DNA of 64,000 nt from Nanobdellota archaeon (GTDB lineage: Archaea; Nanobdellota; Nanobdellia; Pacearchaeales; GW2011-AR1), in the NCBI GenBank assembly GCA_013329055.1, contig DUKY01000007.1, forward strand, positions 51,146 to 115,145. Reading direction: 5' to 3'. The number at the start of each line of letters is the position of its first letter. Positions within the stretch are counted from its first letter, which is position 1. A model generated the notes under the pieces. That model searched no databases. It had not been told where the DNA came from and saw only the letters and a list, made by a program, of their open reading frames with translations. Of the stretch, positions 50,977-60,213 are shown piece after piece. The translations under genes were made by a program, and so were the position numbers.

Positions 50977-51393
50977 TTATTTATTTAATAATAATTCAAT
51001 CTTCTTAGGATTCTTTTTTATTTCTTTAACAATTGTTGCAGGACCAATGATTGTTATTGCACCAAGGTCTCCGCCACTAATAAGATTCACAACTCCTTTT
51101 TTTAAAGTTCCAAAAAAACTTAAATCATCTTCAGAAATTACTGCTAATTCAATACCTGTAAAACCTTTAACATGATCAACCATTGCCATTGTATCCCAGA
51201 TTAATCTTGTTTCTTCTTCGTTTCTTAATCGACCTTGCAATATTAGGATATTATTTCCCAAAACAATCTTTAAAATCTTTTGAATTCTTTCGTTGCCATC
51301 TAAAGATTTCATTTCCGAATAGGGTAAGAACTGAATAGAAAAGCCTTTAATCTTTCCAAGATTTTTTTTCATTCCATCATTTTTTTGAGTCAT
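50977..51393 (-). CDS. oapB: OapB/ArvB (DUF2073) protein
   Basis: EETRLI..TM....F.GIE...TIIGPA. Confidence 0.85.
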   Translation of the reverse strand: MTQKNDGMKKNLGKIKGFSIQFLPYSEMKSLDGNERIQKILKIVLGNNILILQGRLRNEEETRLIWDTMAMVDHVKGFTGIELAVISEDDLSFFGTLKKGVVNLISGGDLGAITIIGPATIVKEIKKNPKKIELLLNK

Positions 51394-51432
51394 TTTAATA
51401 TATATATCGAAGAATATACTTTTTAATTATTA

Positions 51433-52074
51433 CTAAAGATCTTTTGTTAATTTAAATATTGATTCGTAAAATTCTTCTAAATTTTTTCCGTATTTTGCAC
51501 TTATTCCCACAACATCATAATCAGGAAATGCTGATTCAATTTGCTTGATATTCGCTTTTTTCATATCAATTTTATTTGCAACAATTAAAACAGGTATTTT
51601 TCTTGCAACTAAATTGCCGATAATTGTGATATTTACCTGATTATACGGATTTTCTGTTGCATCTAAAACAATAACCACCATATCCATATCATCAAGCCAT
51701 TTTATACTTTCGATAATTCCCTGAGTTGCTTCTTTTGACCGTTGTTTTGCATCTTTTTTATTTACATTATATTTTAAAAATTCTTCATAATCAATCTTTG
51801 TTGCAATTCCAGGCGTGTCAATCATTTTGAAGGTCATGGTTTTTCCTTTATGACTTATTTCAACTTTTTCCTTAAATTGAACTTTTCTTGTTTCATGCGG
51901 GACTTTACTTACACTTCCAATTTCTTCACCGGTAAAATCTTTACAAATTCGGTTTGCAAGACTAGTTTTTCCGGCATTTGGAGGACCATAAAACCCTAAA
52001 CTAATATCTCTTTTATCTTTGTAAAGACCAGAAAACATCCTTCTTACAAAATTTTTTAAGACTTTTATTACCAT
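51433..52074 (-). CDS. oapA: OapA/ArvA small GTPase
   Basis: GPPNAGKT, PHETR, DTPG, NKID, ISA. Confidence 0.88.
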   Translation of the reverse strand: MVIKVLKNFVRRMFSGLYKDKRDISLGFYGPPNAGKTSLANRICKDFTGEEIGSVSKVPHETRKVQFKEKVEISHKGKTMTFKMIDTPGIATKIDYEEFLKYNVNKKDAKQRSKEATQGIIESIKWLDDMDMVVIVLDATENPYNQVNITIIGNLVARKIPVLIVANKIDMKKANIKQIESAFPDYDVVGISAKYGKNLEEFYESIFKLTKDL

Positions 52075-52090
52075 ATTATTACCAAATCCC

Positions 52091-54802
52091 TTATAGTTTA
52101 TTAAACTTTTGTGTATTTGAAGAAAATTTGCCTCTTGGGGCTACTTGAGAACCAAAAGGGGTTTTTTCTTGAATAGGTTTTTTTTGAATACTTACTTTTG
52201 AGGGCAGATTTTTTAATTTTTCAAATAATTCTTTATGAGGAATTTCAACCATTCCTGTTCTTTTACCTGCATATTTTCTTAAAACATAAGTAATTTGCTC
52301 CATAGTCCAACCTTCTTTTTTTAAATTCAAAGTTATATCCTGATCAGACATTCCAGATTGTTTTGCATTTTGGATGTAATTTATTAAATTAAATAAATGA
52401 TTTTTATTTTTAAATAAGTAATCTTCATATTTCTTTTTGTACCATTCTTGTAAAATAATATATGCTACTATTCCCAATATAATTAATAAAAATAATATAA
52501 ACATAAAAAGAAATAATTTAAACTTTTTTTCTTCAGCAAGTTTAACTTCTTCTTCAAGATTTAATCTTTCAAGAGCAGGAGAAATAAACAACGGCAAATT
52601 GGTAAAGTCTACATTTTCAGTTGTGGAAAAAACAATCTCATAAGAAGGATCAATTAATTCTATTACTATATAACCTGATTCTTCTTTATCTAAATAATTT
52701 TCTTTTAATTTTAAATTTTCAAGTTTTTTTAGTATTAAATAAGGGGTATGCACGATTTCACCTTTTTCAGTAATTTCAATAGTAAATACTTTTAGAACAC
52801 TATCAATAGAAGATTCATAACCTACATCGTATCCTTCAAAAATAATTTTTACGTCTAAATTTGCCTGACCCCATCTTTGAATAGCTTTAATATATGCTTC
52901 TTCACCTTGTATAGAATAATCGCCTCCGCCAATTAATTGAAGGATATCAAGGTTTATATTTTGAGGGGTTGGATAAAAAGAGATTTTATCTGTTTTCATA
53001 CTTTGAACTAAATATTTTGGAATATCCATAGCTAATAATTTTACAAGAATAACATTATACTCTTCCACAGAACTTGCTCCGTAAAATTCTGTTTGAATTC
53101 CTTTTAGTTCTCCCTCAATATTATAAGTATCCAGTGATTCTTCCAAGCCTTTTTTTACAAAAGGGGTGAATGTATTTATTTGGGTTAAAACATTAGATAA
53201 ATCAGCTTGTTTTCCAGCTAAAATCTCCTCTATAATTTCTTTTGGAGAACCGACAGTTACACTAAAAGTTTTAGATACAACTCGCTGTTTTGAATCTGTA
53301 ATTGTGACGGTAATGTCATATTGACCTAAATTTTCAAATGTATGGGTGATTGTGTTTACAGAAGTTATATTTGTGCTATTTCCTCCAAAATTCCATTCAT
53401 ATTTGACAATTGTGCTATTTTCAAATGTTTCAGCATTGATTTTAAAATCAGTAGGATATCCTGTTACAGTTTTTGTTGGTTTAATGCTTTGCAAGATTGG
53501 AATTCTTTCAACAAAAATTTTTTGAGTGAAAATGCTTTTGTTATTTAAAGTTAATGTAAAATTCTTTTCTCCATAATTATTTGGAGTTAAAAATTTGGCA
53601 GGATTTAATTGAAGCTGTTGAAAATCTGCAGTGATATTTGATGAAACTCTGTCTAAGTCGTAAAATTTATTACTTATTGTTGGACCTAAAGTTGTGTCAT
53701 AATTAATTTTTAAATTTGAAAGATTAATATTTTGATTTGCCCCTGAGTAAAAAACGATTGGGATAATGCAATTATTTGAACAGTCTAAAGAACCATATCT
53801 TTGAATTATATAATCGCTCATCAGGCTATTTAATGATATTTGACCTTCTAAATAACTTGTAATGTTAATTTTTCCTATGCTATCGAAACTTTTACCTTGT
53901 GCAAAGATCTCAAAAGAAGCTATTTCAAGACCGATGTCTGAACCATAAAAACCACATCCATTTTCTGCATCCTGATAACCTCTTATTTTTGAAGTTCCCT
54001 GATCTTTTTCTGAATAAATACAAACAAAATATTCTTGTGATTCTGTAACTAAGTATTCTACATCACAAGAATATTCTCCTATTTGATTTACTAAAGGCAA
54101 TTTGCAATCTTTTAATTTTTCTCCGTATAAATTATAAAGTCCCATTGATAAATTTCTTGTATCCCCCGAAGGATTAATCCATGCACCTAATTTAAAACCA
54201 GGAGATTCAGTAAGTTTTATTCTTTGGCAATGCTTATTTGGATAAGTTCCAATAGTAAATTCGCTTAATGTCTTATTTCCAGAAAAACATCCTCTTGTTT
54301 TTAAATAATTACAGGCTTGTGCATCTGAAACTCTTGAATTTCCAGATTCAATTAATCCATCTTTGGTAAAGTCTATTTTAAGTTGATTTGTGCAAGACGG
54401 ACCTGCATCGCTATCAATAGTAAAATTAATAGAATTAATATTCAAGATATTACCTTGAAGATTTAATCCGATCATTTGATTACTTCCACTACTTAAATAA
54501 AAACTTTTTACTTCCTGACCATTTTTTGGGAGATATTCGACTTCACAAGCTAAATTTGTACATTTATAATCAGCCTCTTCATTAATCTTTAATAAATTAA
54601 TTAAACTAATTATTTTTCCGCTTGAATCACGAAATAGAGAATCAGAAGGTTCATTATTTAAACTAATATTTATCCAGCCATTAATTATTTTTTGAGGACC
54701 ATAATAAGTGTCGATACTATGAGAAAGGTTACCTACTTGGAAACTTGCACTTACAAAACTAATTAAAAACATGCAAATTATAAAAAATTTTATCATCCTC
54801 AT
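52091..54802 (-). CDS. Large surface protein with PKD domain and C-terminal TM anchor
   Basis: Signal peptide; YEWNFG..HTF..G.Y...VTITD PKD; TM followed by QEWYKKKYE. Confidence 0.8.
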   Translation of the reverse strand: MRMIKFFIICMFLISFVSASFQVGNLSHSIDTYYGPQKIINGWINISLNNEPSDSLFRDSSGKIISLINLLKINEEADYKCTNLACEVEYLPKNGQEVKSFYLSSGSNQMIGLNLQGNILNINSINFTIDSDAGPSCTNQLKIDFTKDGLIESGNSRVSDAQACNYLKTRGCFSGNKTLSEFTIGTYPNKHCQRIKLTESPGFKLGAWINPSGDTRNLSMGLYNLYGEKLKDCKLPLVNQIGEYSCDVEYLVTESQEYFVCIYSEKDQGTSKIRGYQDAENGCGFYGSDIGLEIASFEIFAQGKSFDSIGKINITSYLEGQISLNSLMSDYIIQRYGSLDCSNNCIIPIVFYSGANQNINLSNLKINYDTTLGPTISNKFYDLDRVSSNITADFQQLQLNPAKFLTPNNYGEKNFTLTLNNKSIFTQKIFVERIPILQSIKPTKTVTGYPTDFKINAETFENSTIVKYEWNFGGNSTNITSVNTITHTFENLGQYDITVTITDSKQRVVSKTFSVTVGSPKEIIEEILAGKQADLSNVLTQINTFTPFVKKGLEESLDTYNIEGELKGIQTEFYGASSVEEYNVILVKLLAMDIPKYLVQSMKTDKISFYPTPQNINLDILQLIGGGDYSIQGEEAYIKAIQRWGQANLDVKIIFEGYDVGYESSIDSVLKVFTIEITEKGEIVHTPYLILKKLENLKLKENYLDKEESGYIVIELIDPSYEIVFSTTENVDFTNLPLFISPALERLNLEEEVKLAEEKKFKLFLFMFILFLLIILGIVAYIILQEWYKKKYEDYLFKNKNHLFNLINYIQNAKQSGMSDQDITLNLKKEGWTMEQITYVLRKYAGKRTGMVEIPHKELFEKLKNLPSKVSIQKKPIQEKTPFGSQVAPRGKFSSNTQKFNKL

Positions 54803-54844
54803 TTTTAAAAAGGAACCAATACAGATTTATAAATATTTGTCCAA

Positions 54845-56563
54845 TTAATTTTTTCTTAAAGATATCATTGAATAAATTCCAACAATTAGGAAAATAGTAA
54901 TGATTAAATTATAAAATCCAAAGAATGGAAGTTGTATCTCAGCAGGACAAGGGATAATATTTGAACCCCCGATACATTTTTGAGATAATTTAAATGGATC
55001 ATAATAATAAAGTCCATTTGCTAAAACATAATCAGCGACTTCATCAGAAGGACCATTACCATATGCTGTGTATCCATTATCAGCTCCCCAAGCCCAAATA
55101 GTTGACCAAGAATATTCTAAAAATCCATCATCACATGTATCTACTGTGCTTTCACTATATTTACAATTACCAATTGCGGGGATACTACTATCAGGATCAC
55201 AATCTAGTCCAGGAGAAGAACCCCATGTATAATCACATTTATTAGTTGAAGAATTCCATATACATTTACATAACATTAAATATGTGCATGAGGGGTCAGG
55301 ACCTGCTACTTCATCGCCACATTTTGTATCATTCCAAATATCGGGAAATGCTTCAAAGACTTTTTCATTTACACTATTTTCTGCTGCATCACAACCAATA
55401 TAATTACAATCTTTACAAGATGATTCATCTTCATAATTTGAGCACCAGGGTGTAACATCTGAAGGTAAAATTCTTAATTTAGGACTTTCATATCCTTCAA
55501 CTTTAAAATAAAAACCATCATAATCACCTATTTCAGTGATTGAATAATCTTCTTCAGTTATTGTCCAAACACCAATTACTCTTCCCCAACCTGCCCTACT
55601 AAATGTTCCGGGAATAGCATTTATACCTGTTCTAATTTCATCATCAAAAGCAGGGTCATCTTCAAAGATTTCAAAAGAGTATGAACCAGTTAAATCACGA
55701 CCAGTGTTATTAAATATCAATTGAACAGTTTCACCAATATGAGCAGGGATATCTGTTGAATTAAAAGTACCAATTCTTTGTCCTTCAGAATTTACCCAAA
55801 ATGCTGCTGTTTCTAATTTACAAATATTTGAACATCCATCTTCACTTAATTTACCACCATCATCACATGTTTCAAAAGAAATATCTATAACATCATCTCC
55901 ACAATGAGGTCCAGTACCATTGCAATATTTGTTACAATTATAAGGGGCAATATCACTATATACTCCATTTAATGCACCATCATCACAAATTTCATTAATT
56001 AAATAACTATTTGGTTTTTGAAGAATACCATCCCCACAAGGTCTTGCCTGTTTGCAACATACTTTTAAGTTATATTCATTAAAAGTTCCAACATGTGCAT
56101 TTGTTGCACCAGATAATGAAAACATTTGAATAGGATAAGTTGAACTGCAAGAGCCACTGCTACTTACACAATTCAAATCGCCAAAATAAACATTATTTGT
56201 GTAACTTGTTTGTTCTGGTGCTTGAACATGAGCGTTAGTTATGCTTGAAAGACTTGCAACTTTATTTTGCCTGCTATCACTGTTTGTATGTGGATTGGGA
56301 TAAGAAAAATCACAACATAAATAATAATTAAAATTTGTTTGATCATATCTTTCAGCATGAGAATTTGATTGAGAAAACATTTTGAATACAGTATTATTAG
56401 GATTACAAGATGATTGCACACTACAAAGATCAGAGCTTACCAATCCAAATGAAAATATTAGATAAATTAAACTTACGTTAAAAATCACCAATTTTTTTGC
56501 TTCCATTAAGACTTTATTGTAAAAGATATTTTTAAATGTTTTTAATAAAGAAATTATAAACAA
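54845..56563 (-). CDS. Cys-rich surface protein with CGDG/CDDG repeats and C-terminal sorting-like signal
   Basis: NSHAE/NAHV repeats, CGDG..E.CDDG..GCS..C, end LPFFG-TM-RKN. Confidence 0.8.
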   Translation of the reverse strand: MFIISLLKTFKNIFYNKVLMEAKKLVIFNVSLIYLIFSFGLVSSDLCSVQSSCNPNNTVFKMFSQSNSHAERYDQTNFNYYLCCDFSYPNPHTNSDSRQNKVASLSSITNAHVQAPEQTSYTNNVYFGDLNCVSSSGSCSSTYPIQMFSLSGATNAHVGTFNEYNLKVCCKQARPCGDGILQKPNSYLINEICDDGALNGVYSDIAPYNCNKYCNGTGPHCGDDVIDISFETCDDGGKLSEDGCSNICKLETAAFWVNSEGQRIGTFNSTDIPAHIGETVQLIFNNTGRDLTGSYSFEIFEDDPAFDDEIRTGINAIPGTFSRAGWGRVIGVWTITEEDYSITEIGDYDGFYFKVEGYESPKLRILPSDVTPWCSNYEDESSCKDCNYIGCDAAENSVNEKVFEAFPDIWNDTKCGDEVAGPDPSCTYLMLCKCIWNSSTNKCDYTWGSSPGLDCDPDSSIPAIGNCKYSESTVDTCDDGFLEYSWSTIWAWGADNGYTAYGNGPSDEVADYVLANGLYYYDPFKLSQKCIGGSNIIPCPAEIQLPFFGFYNLIITIFLIVGIYSMISLRKN

Positions 56564-57075
56564 GATTTGTATTTTAATAGAGATCTATATTTCCAAAGAG
56601 CTTTTGTTGCAGGCAAGTTCATTTCAACACCTAAGTCTCCGTTTTTATTTGCTGACTTAATAATTGAGCAAACACTATAAGAGTTTAATGCGGCAAGATA
56701 ACTTGAATGCATATATAATAAAAGGTCATAGTCTTCTGTAGATCCTTCAACAAAAGTTCCTAAATTAAATACATATGATTTTTCCCATTGCCTAAATCCG
56801 CTATTAAAATTGTAAAATCTTAACAATATTTTTGTGTCTTTTGGCAAATCTTTCATCATTTCATTATTTGTAAATTCCTGATTTAAATTTTGGTAATCCA
56901 TTTCAGATGCTTTTAGAGGAAGATTCATTACTACTTTTCCTGTTGAAGGACCAAAAAGAGATTTATCTTCAGAATTAATAGATAAAATTAATCCAAAGAT
57001 TATAAGAGCTAATAATAATAAATAAAATCTAAAATTTATATTTTTTAATAATTCATTAAAATTTATTTTCTTCAT
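56554..57075 (-). CDS. Membrane-anchored hypothetical protein, possible SCP2-like fold
   Basis: N-terminal TM, TGKVV, NGDLGVE; resembles 11144-11596. Confidence 0.55.
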   Translation of the reverse strand: MKKINFNELLKNINFRFYLLLLALIIFGLILSINSEDKSLFGPSTGKVVMNLPLKASEMDYQNLNQEFTNNEMMKDLPKDTKILLRFYNFNSGFRQWEKSYVFNLGTFVEGSTEDYDLLLYMHSSYLAALNSYSVCSIIKSANKNGDLGVEMNLPATKALWKYRSLLKYKSCL

Positions 57076-57136
57076 TATTAATTTTAAATTTATTTAATTT
57101 AAATATTTATTCCAAAATTCAGGGATGTTCACTACT

Positions 57137-57686
57137 TACAGAGAATCAAAGATTCTCTGAAACACAAAATCTATACTGTGCCTACGCACAGATCAGAAGT
57201 ACAGATTTTGTTGTGTCCTAAAAAATTTCTAAAGAAATTTTTGGGAATTCAGAGATTGAAAATCTCTGGAACTTCAGGGAACCTGAAGTCTTCAAAAGGC
57301 GTTACTTTTGAAGTAATCTAACCCTTGGGTTATATTCACTTCAAAATATACTTGTTTTGAAGTCCCAGAGAATTTGAAAAATTCTCTGAGCCTCCTTAAT
57401 GGGTACGGAGGTACAGAGAATCAAAGATTCTCTGAAACACAAAATCTATACTGTGCCTACGCACAGATCAGAATTACAGATTTTGTTGTGTCCTAAAAAA
57501 TTTCTAAAGAAATTTTTGGGAATTCAGAGATTGAAAATCTCTGGAACTTCAGGGAACCTGAAGTCTTCAAAAGGCGTTACTTTTGAAGTAATCTAACCCT
57601 TGGGTTATATTCACTTCAAAATATACTTGTTTTGAAGTCCCAGAGAATTTGAAAAATTCTCTGAGCCTCCTTAATGGGTACGGAGG
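57137..57686. repeat. Two near-identical 275-bp tandem units built of about 10 consecutive hairpins, each ending in the tRNA-Trp 3' end
   Basis: Units start at 57137 and 57412; one mismatch seen by eye; TGGGTACGGAGG at 57400-57411 equals the tRNA 3' end at 57675-57686. Confidence 0.95.
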
Positions 57687-57746
57687 GAATCTAACCCCCG
57701 TCTGCCGGGCTGGAGCCGACCATAATAAACATTATACTACGCACCC
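57675..57746 (-). tRNA. tRNA-Trp(CCA), intronless, non-canonical elbow
   Basis: GGGTGCG-TA-GTAT-AATGTTTA-TTAT-G-GTCGG-CTCCAGC-CCGGC-AGAC-GGGGG-TTAGATT-CCCTC-CGTACCC-A. Confidence 0.85.
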
Positions 57747-57796
57747 GTATAATTTAAGTTAAAGAATTCAATTTTTAAAATGTTCCCTTTTAATTT

Positions 57797-58483
57797 TTAA
57801 CCAATTGCTTTTATTTCCTGGATTTCTTTTTCGCTTATTGCACAACCTTTGAATTTTACAGCCCAAAGCATAGCATCTAAAATCCTTGAATCATTCCATC
57901 TTGAAAGATTCTTTTTATATAATACATAAATTAATTCGGCAGATCTAATTAATTTTAATCCTTCAAAAATAGGATAATTATTTTTATTTGAAGTAATTTT
58001 TGTCTTTAATTTGTCTTCAAATAATTTTCTTAAATTTTCCGGTTTTTCACATAACATTCTTGTTGTTCTTTCATCAATTACAATGACATTCATTATTCCT
58101 TTTTTTTCAAAAATTCTACTTAAGGCTAAGCAAGAAGCTTCACCTAGATGAATTAAATTAATATTTTTTTGCTTTTCGTAAAAAGTCGTATTTGCTAGAT
58201 TCAAAAAATGAGTTGTTCCCCTTGATATTTCATCATCACTTATACCCACTGCAGAGGGCAGTTCAATAATTTTATCATCTAATAATTTTTTTAATTTTAG
58301 GGCTTCTAATTCAAAACGCTTAATTGTTAAAGGCCTATCAATTATTTCTGATTTAACTTCGTTAGTAATAATAAATTTTCCATTAAAAATTTTTCTTAGC
58401 TCGATTAATTCGTGGAGTAATCCGTTTATTGCAAAACTAATTAAAGAACTTGCATCAAAAATCATCATTTTCTCTTCGGTCAT
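57797..58483 (-). CDS. PIN-domain-like protein
   Basis: FDASSLI, V..E, GEAS.LAL, IDERTTR. Confidence 0.75.
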   Translation of the reverse strand: MTEEKMMIFDASSLISFAINGLLHELIELRKIFNGKFIITNEVKSEIIDRPLTIKRFELEALKLKKLLDDKIIELPSAVGISDDEISRGTTHFLNLANTTFYEKQKNINLIHLGEASCLALSRIFEKKGIMNVIVIDERTTRMLCEKPENLRKLFEDKLKTKITSNKNNYPIFEGLKLIRSAELIYVLYKKNLSRWNDSRILDAMLWAVKFKGCAISEKEIQEIKAIG

Positions 58484-58484
58484 T

Positions 58485-59033
58485 TTAGTTAAACATATCC
58501 ATTGCTAATTTAATTCTATCTTTTGTGTCAAGAGTCTTACCAAGTAAAACATCTGAAATACCTGTTTGTCCTGCATAATCTGCTAATTCATACATTGAGA
58601 TGCCTAATAATTCTGCAGTTTTTTCCATAGAGATACCATGCTCATAAATTCTCGAGGCTTTGTTTATACTTGCTTTTCTAAAAACTTCTTTGATGTAAAC
58701 TTTTAATTTTTTAGAAAATTGATTTATAGAATGCCTAATTTTTTGCAAATCCTTTCTAAAAAGTTTTGTATCATCTTTTTGCAAATCCTGAATTATATTC
58801 TCAACAATTAAAATAATTTCATCACTCCATTTTGAATTTTTATGATAATTTCTTTCAATAATTTTACTTAATGAATAAACAATTATTGCAACAGCAATGC
58901 TATCCGGATCCTGAACTATTGAAGCAGTATGAATTGTTTGATTTCCTAATTCTTTTAATTTAAGAACATCCTCTCTTTTTATTGCCTCTTTTGTTTCCTG
59001 AAAGATTTTTAATAAATTTTCCCTTTCTTCCAT
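58485..59033 (-). CDS. Hypothetical protein with C-terminal HTH (partner of the PIN gene)
   Basis: YEHGISMEKTAELLGIS..EL. Confidence 0.7.
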   Translation of the reverse strand: MEERENLLKIFQETKEAIKREDVLKLKELGNQTIHTASIVQDPDSIAVAIIVYSLSKIIERNYHKNSKWSDEIILIVENIIQDLQKDDTKLFRKDLQKIRHSINQFSKKLKVYIKEVFRKASINKASRIYEHGISMEKTAELLGISMYELADYAGQTGISDVLLGKTLDTKDRIKLAMDMFN

Positions 59034-59067
59034 TTTAATTTAAAGATTAATTAGTTGTTAATAAATG

Positions 59068-60213
59068 TTATTTAATTTTTTCTTTTGTGAAGATTAAAAA
59101 AATAATTGCGGATACTGACATAAATCCAAGGTAAATGAACATAGCATGGACAGATATATTCCAGAAAAATCCTGCGATGATTCCTGCAGGGATACTGACT
59201 AAACCATTAACCATATAATAAATGCCTAATGAAGTTCCTTTGCATCCCTTAGAAAGATCTAAAATATATGCTCTTTGATTTGATTGTGTGCAGGCATAAA
59301 CAAGACCGTAAAGAATGAATGTAATTACGAGCATGATGAAATTTTGATACAATGCCATAAAGACATTTATTATCAAAAATAAACAATAACCGAGCATTAA
59401 AACAGTTTTTCTTCCAATTTTATCTGAAAGGTCTCCAAATGGAATTGCAAAGATTGCCCAAACAATATTGAATAAAACATACAACAAAAGACCAATACTT
59501 ACACTTCCGGTCATTTGTTTTGCCATTAGAACCAAGAACATATAAAGACCAAAATTTGCAAGCGTAAAGATAGAGGTTACTAAAATTAAATATTTTAAAT
59601 TATGATTTAAGCATTTAATATCCTTGAAAAAATTACCGCTCATTTTTTTTGACTTTGACTTAGATTCTTTTACAAAAAATAAAGGCAAGATAGAAAATGC
59701 TGAAAGAAATCCGGCAATTATAATGATTGTCGTAAAACTTAATTGAAGTTTCCAGAATAAAATTAAAACAAGTATTGAACCTATTACTGAACCGGTTGTA
59801 TCCATCATTTGATGAATCCCAAAACCTTCTCCACGCCTTTTTGTTAAATCAGAAATCATAACATCTCTTGGAGCATCTCTAATTTTTCCGAATCTTTCAA
59901 ACGAAACAAGAGCAATAATATATTGCCAACTAGTGGCTAGGGAGAGCAATAATCTTGCAAGAACAGAGAAAAAATATCCAAAAAATACAAACGGCATTTT
60001 TTTACCTGTTTTATCAGATATCCAACCTCCAAAAAGCCTAAATAAACTTGCTAAGCCTTCTCTTAATCCGCTTAATGCTCCGACAGCAACGCCACCTCCG
60101 CCTAAAGAGTTAATTAATAAAGGTAATAATGGAGTAATCATTTCACTACCCACATCATTAAACATACTTGCTGTGCCTAATTTTATAATATCTTTTTTTG
60201 ATTTTTTTATCAT
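59068..60213 (-). CDS. MFS transporter
   Basis: 12 TM; GWISDKTGKK, GDLSDKIGRK, R.GK.R.APRD. Confidence 0.9.
   Translation of the reverse strand: MIKKSKKDIIKLGTASMFNDVGSEMITPLLPLLINSLGGGGVAVGALSGLREGLASLFRLFGGWISDKTGKKMPFVFFGYFFSVLARLLLSLATSWQYIIALVSFERFGKIRDAPRDVMISDLTKRRGEGFGIHQMMDTTGSVIGSILVLILFWKLQLSFTTIIIIAGFLSAFSILPLFFVKESKSKSKKMSGNFFKDIKCLNHNLKYLILVTSIFTLANFGLYMFLVLMAKQMTGSVSIGLLLYVLFNIVWAIFAIPFGDLSDKIGRKTVLMLGYCLFLIINVFMALYQNFIMLVITFILYGLVYACTQSNQRAYILDLSKGCKGTSLGIYYMVNGLVSIPAGIIAGFFWNISVHAMFIYLGFMSVSAIIFLIFTKEKIK

Noticed and set aside
57399-57596. 65-aa ORF from the track
   Set aside because: Lies entirely within the 275-bp hairpin repeat; no protein-like features.
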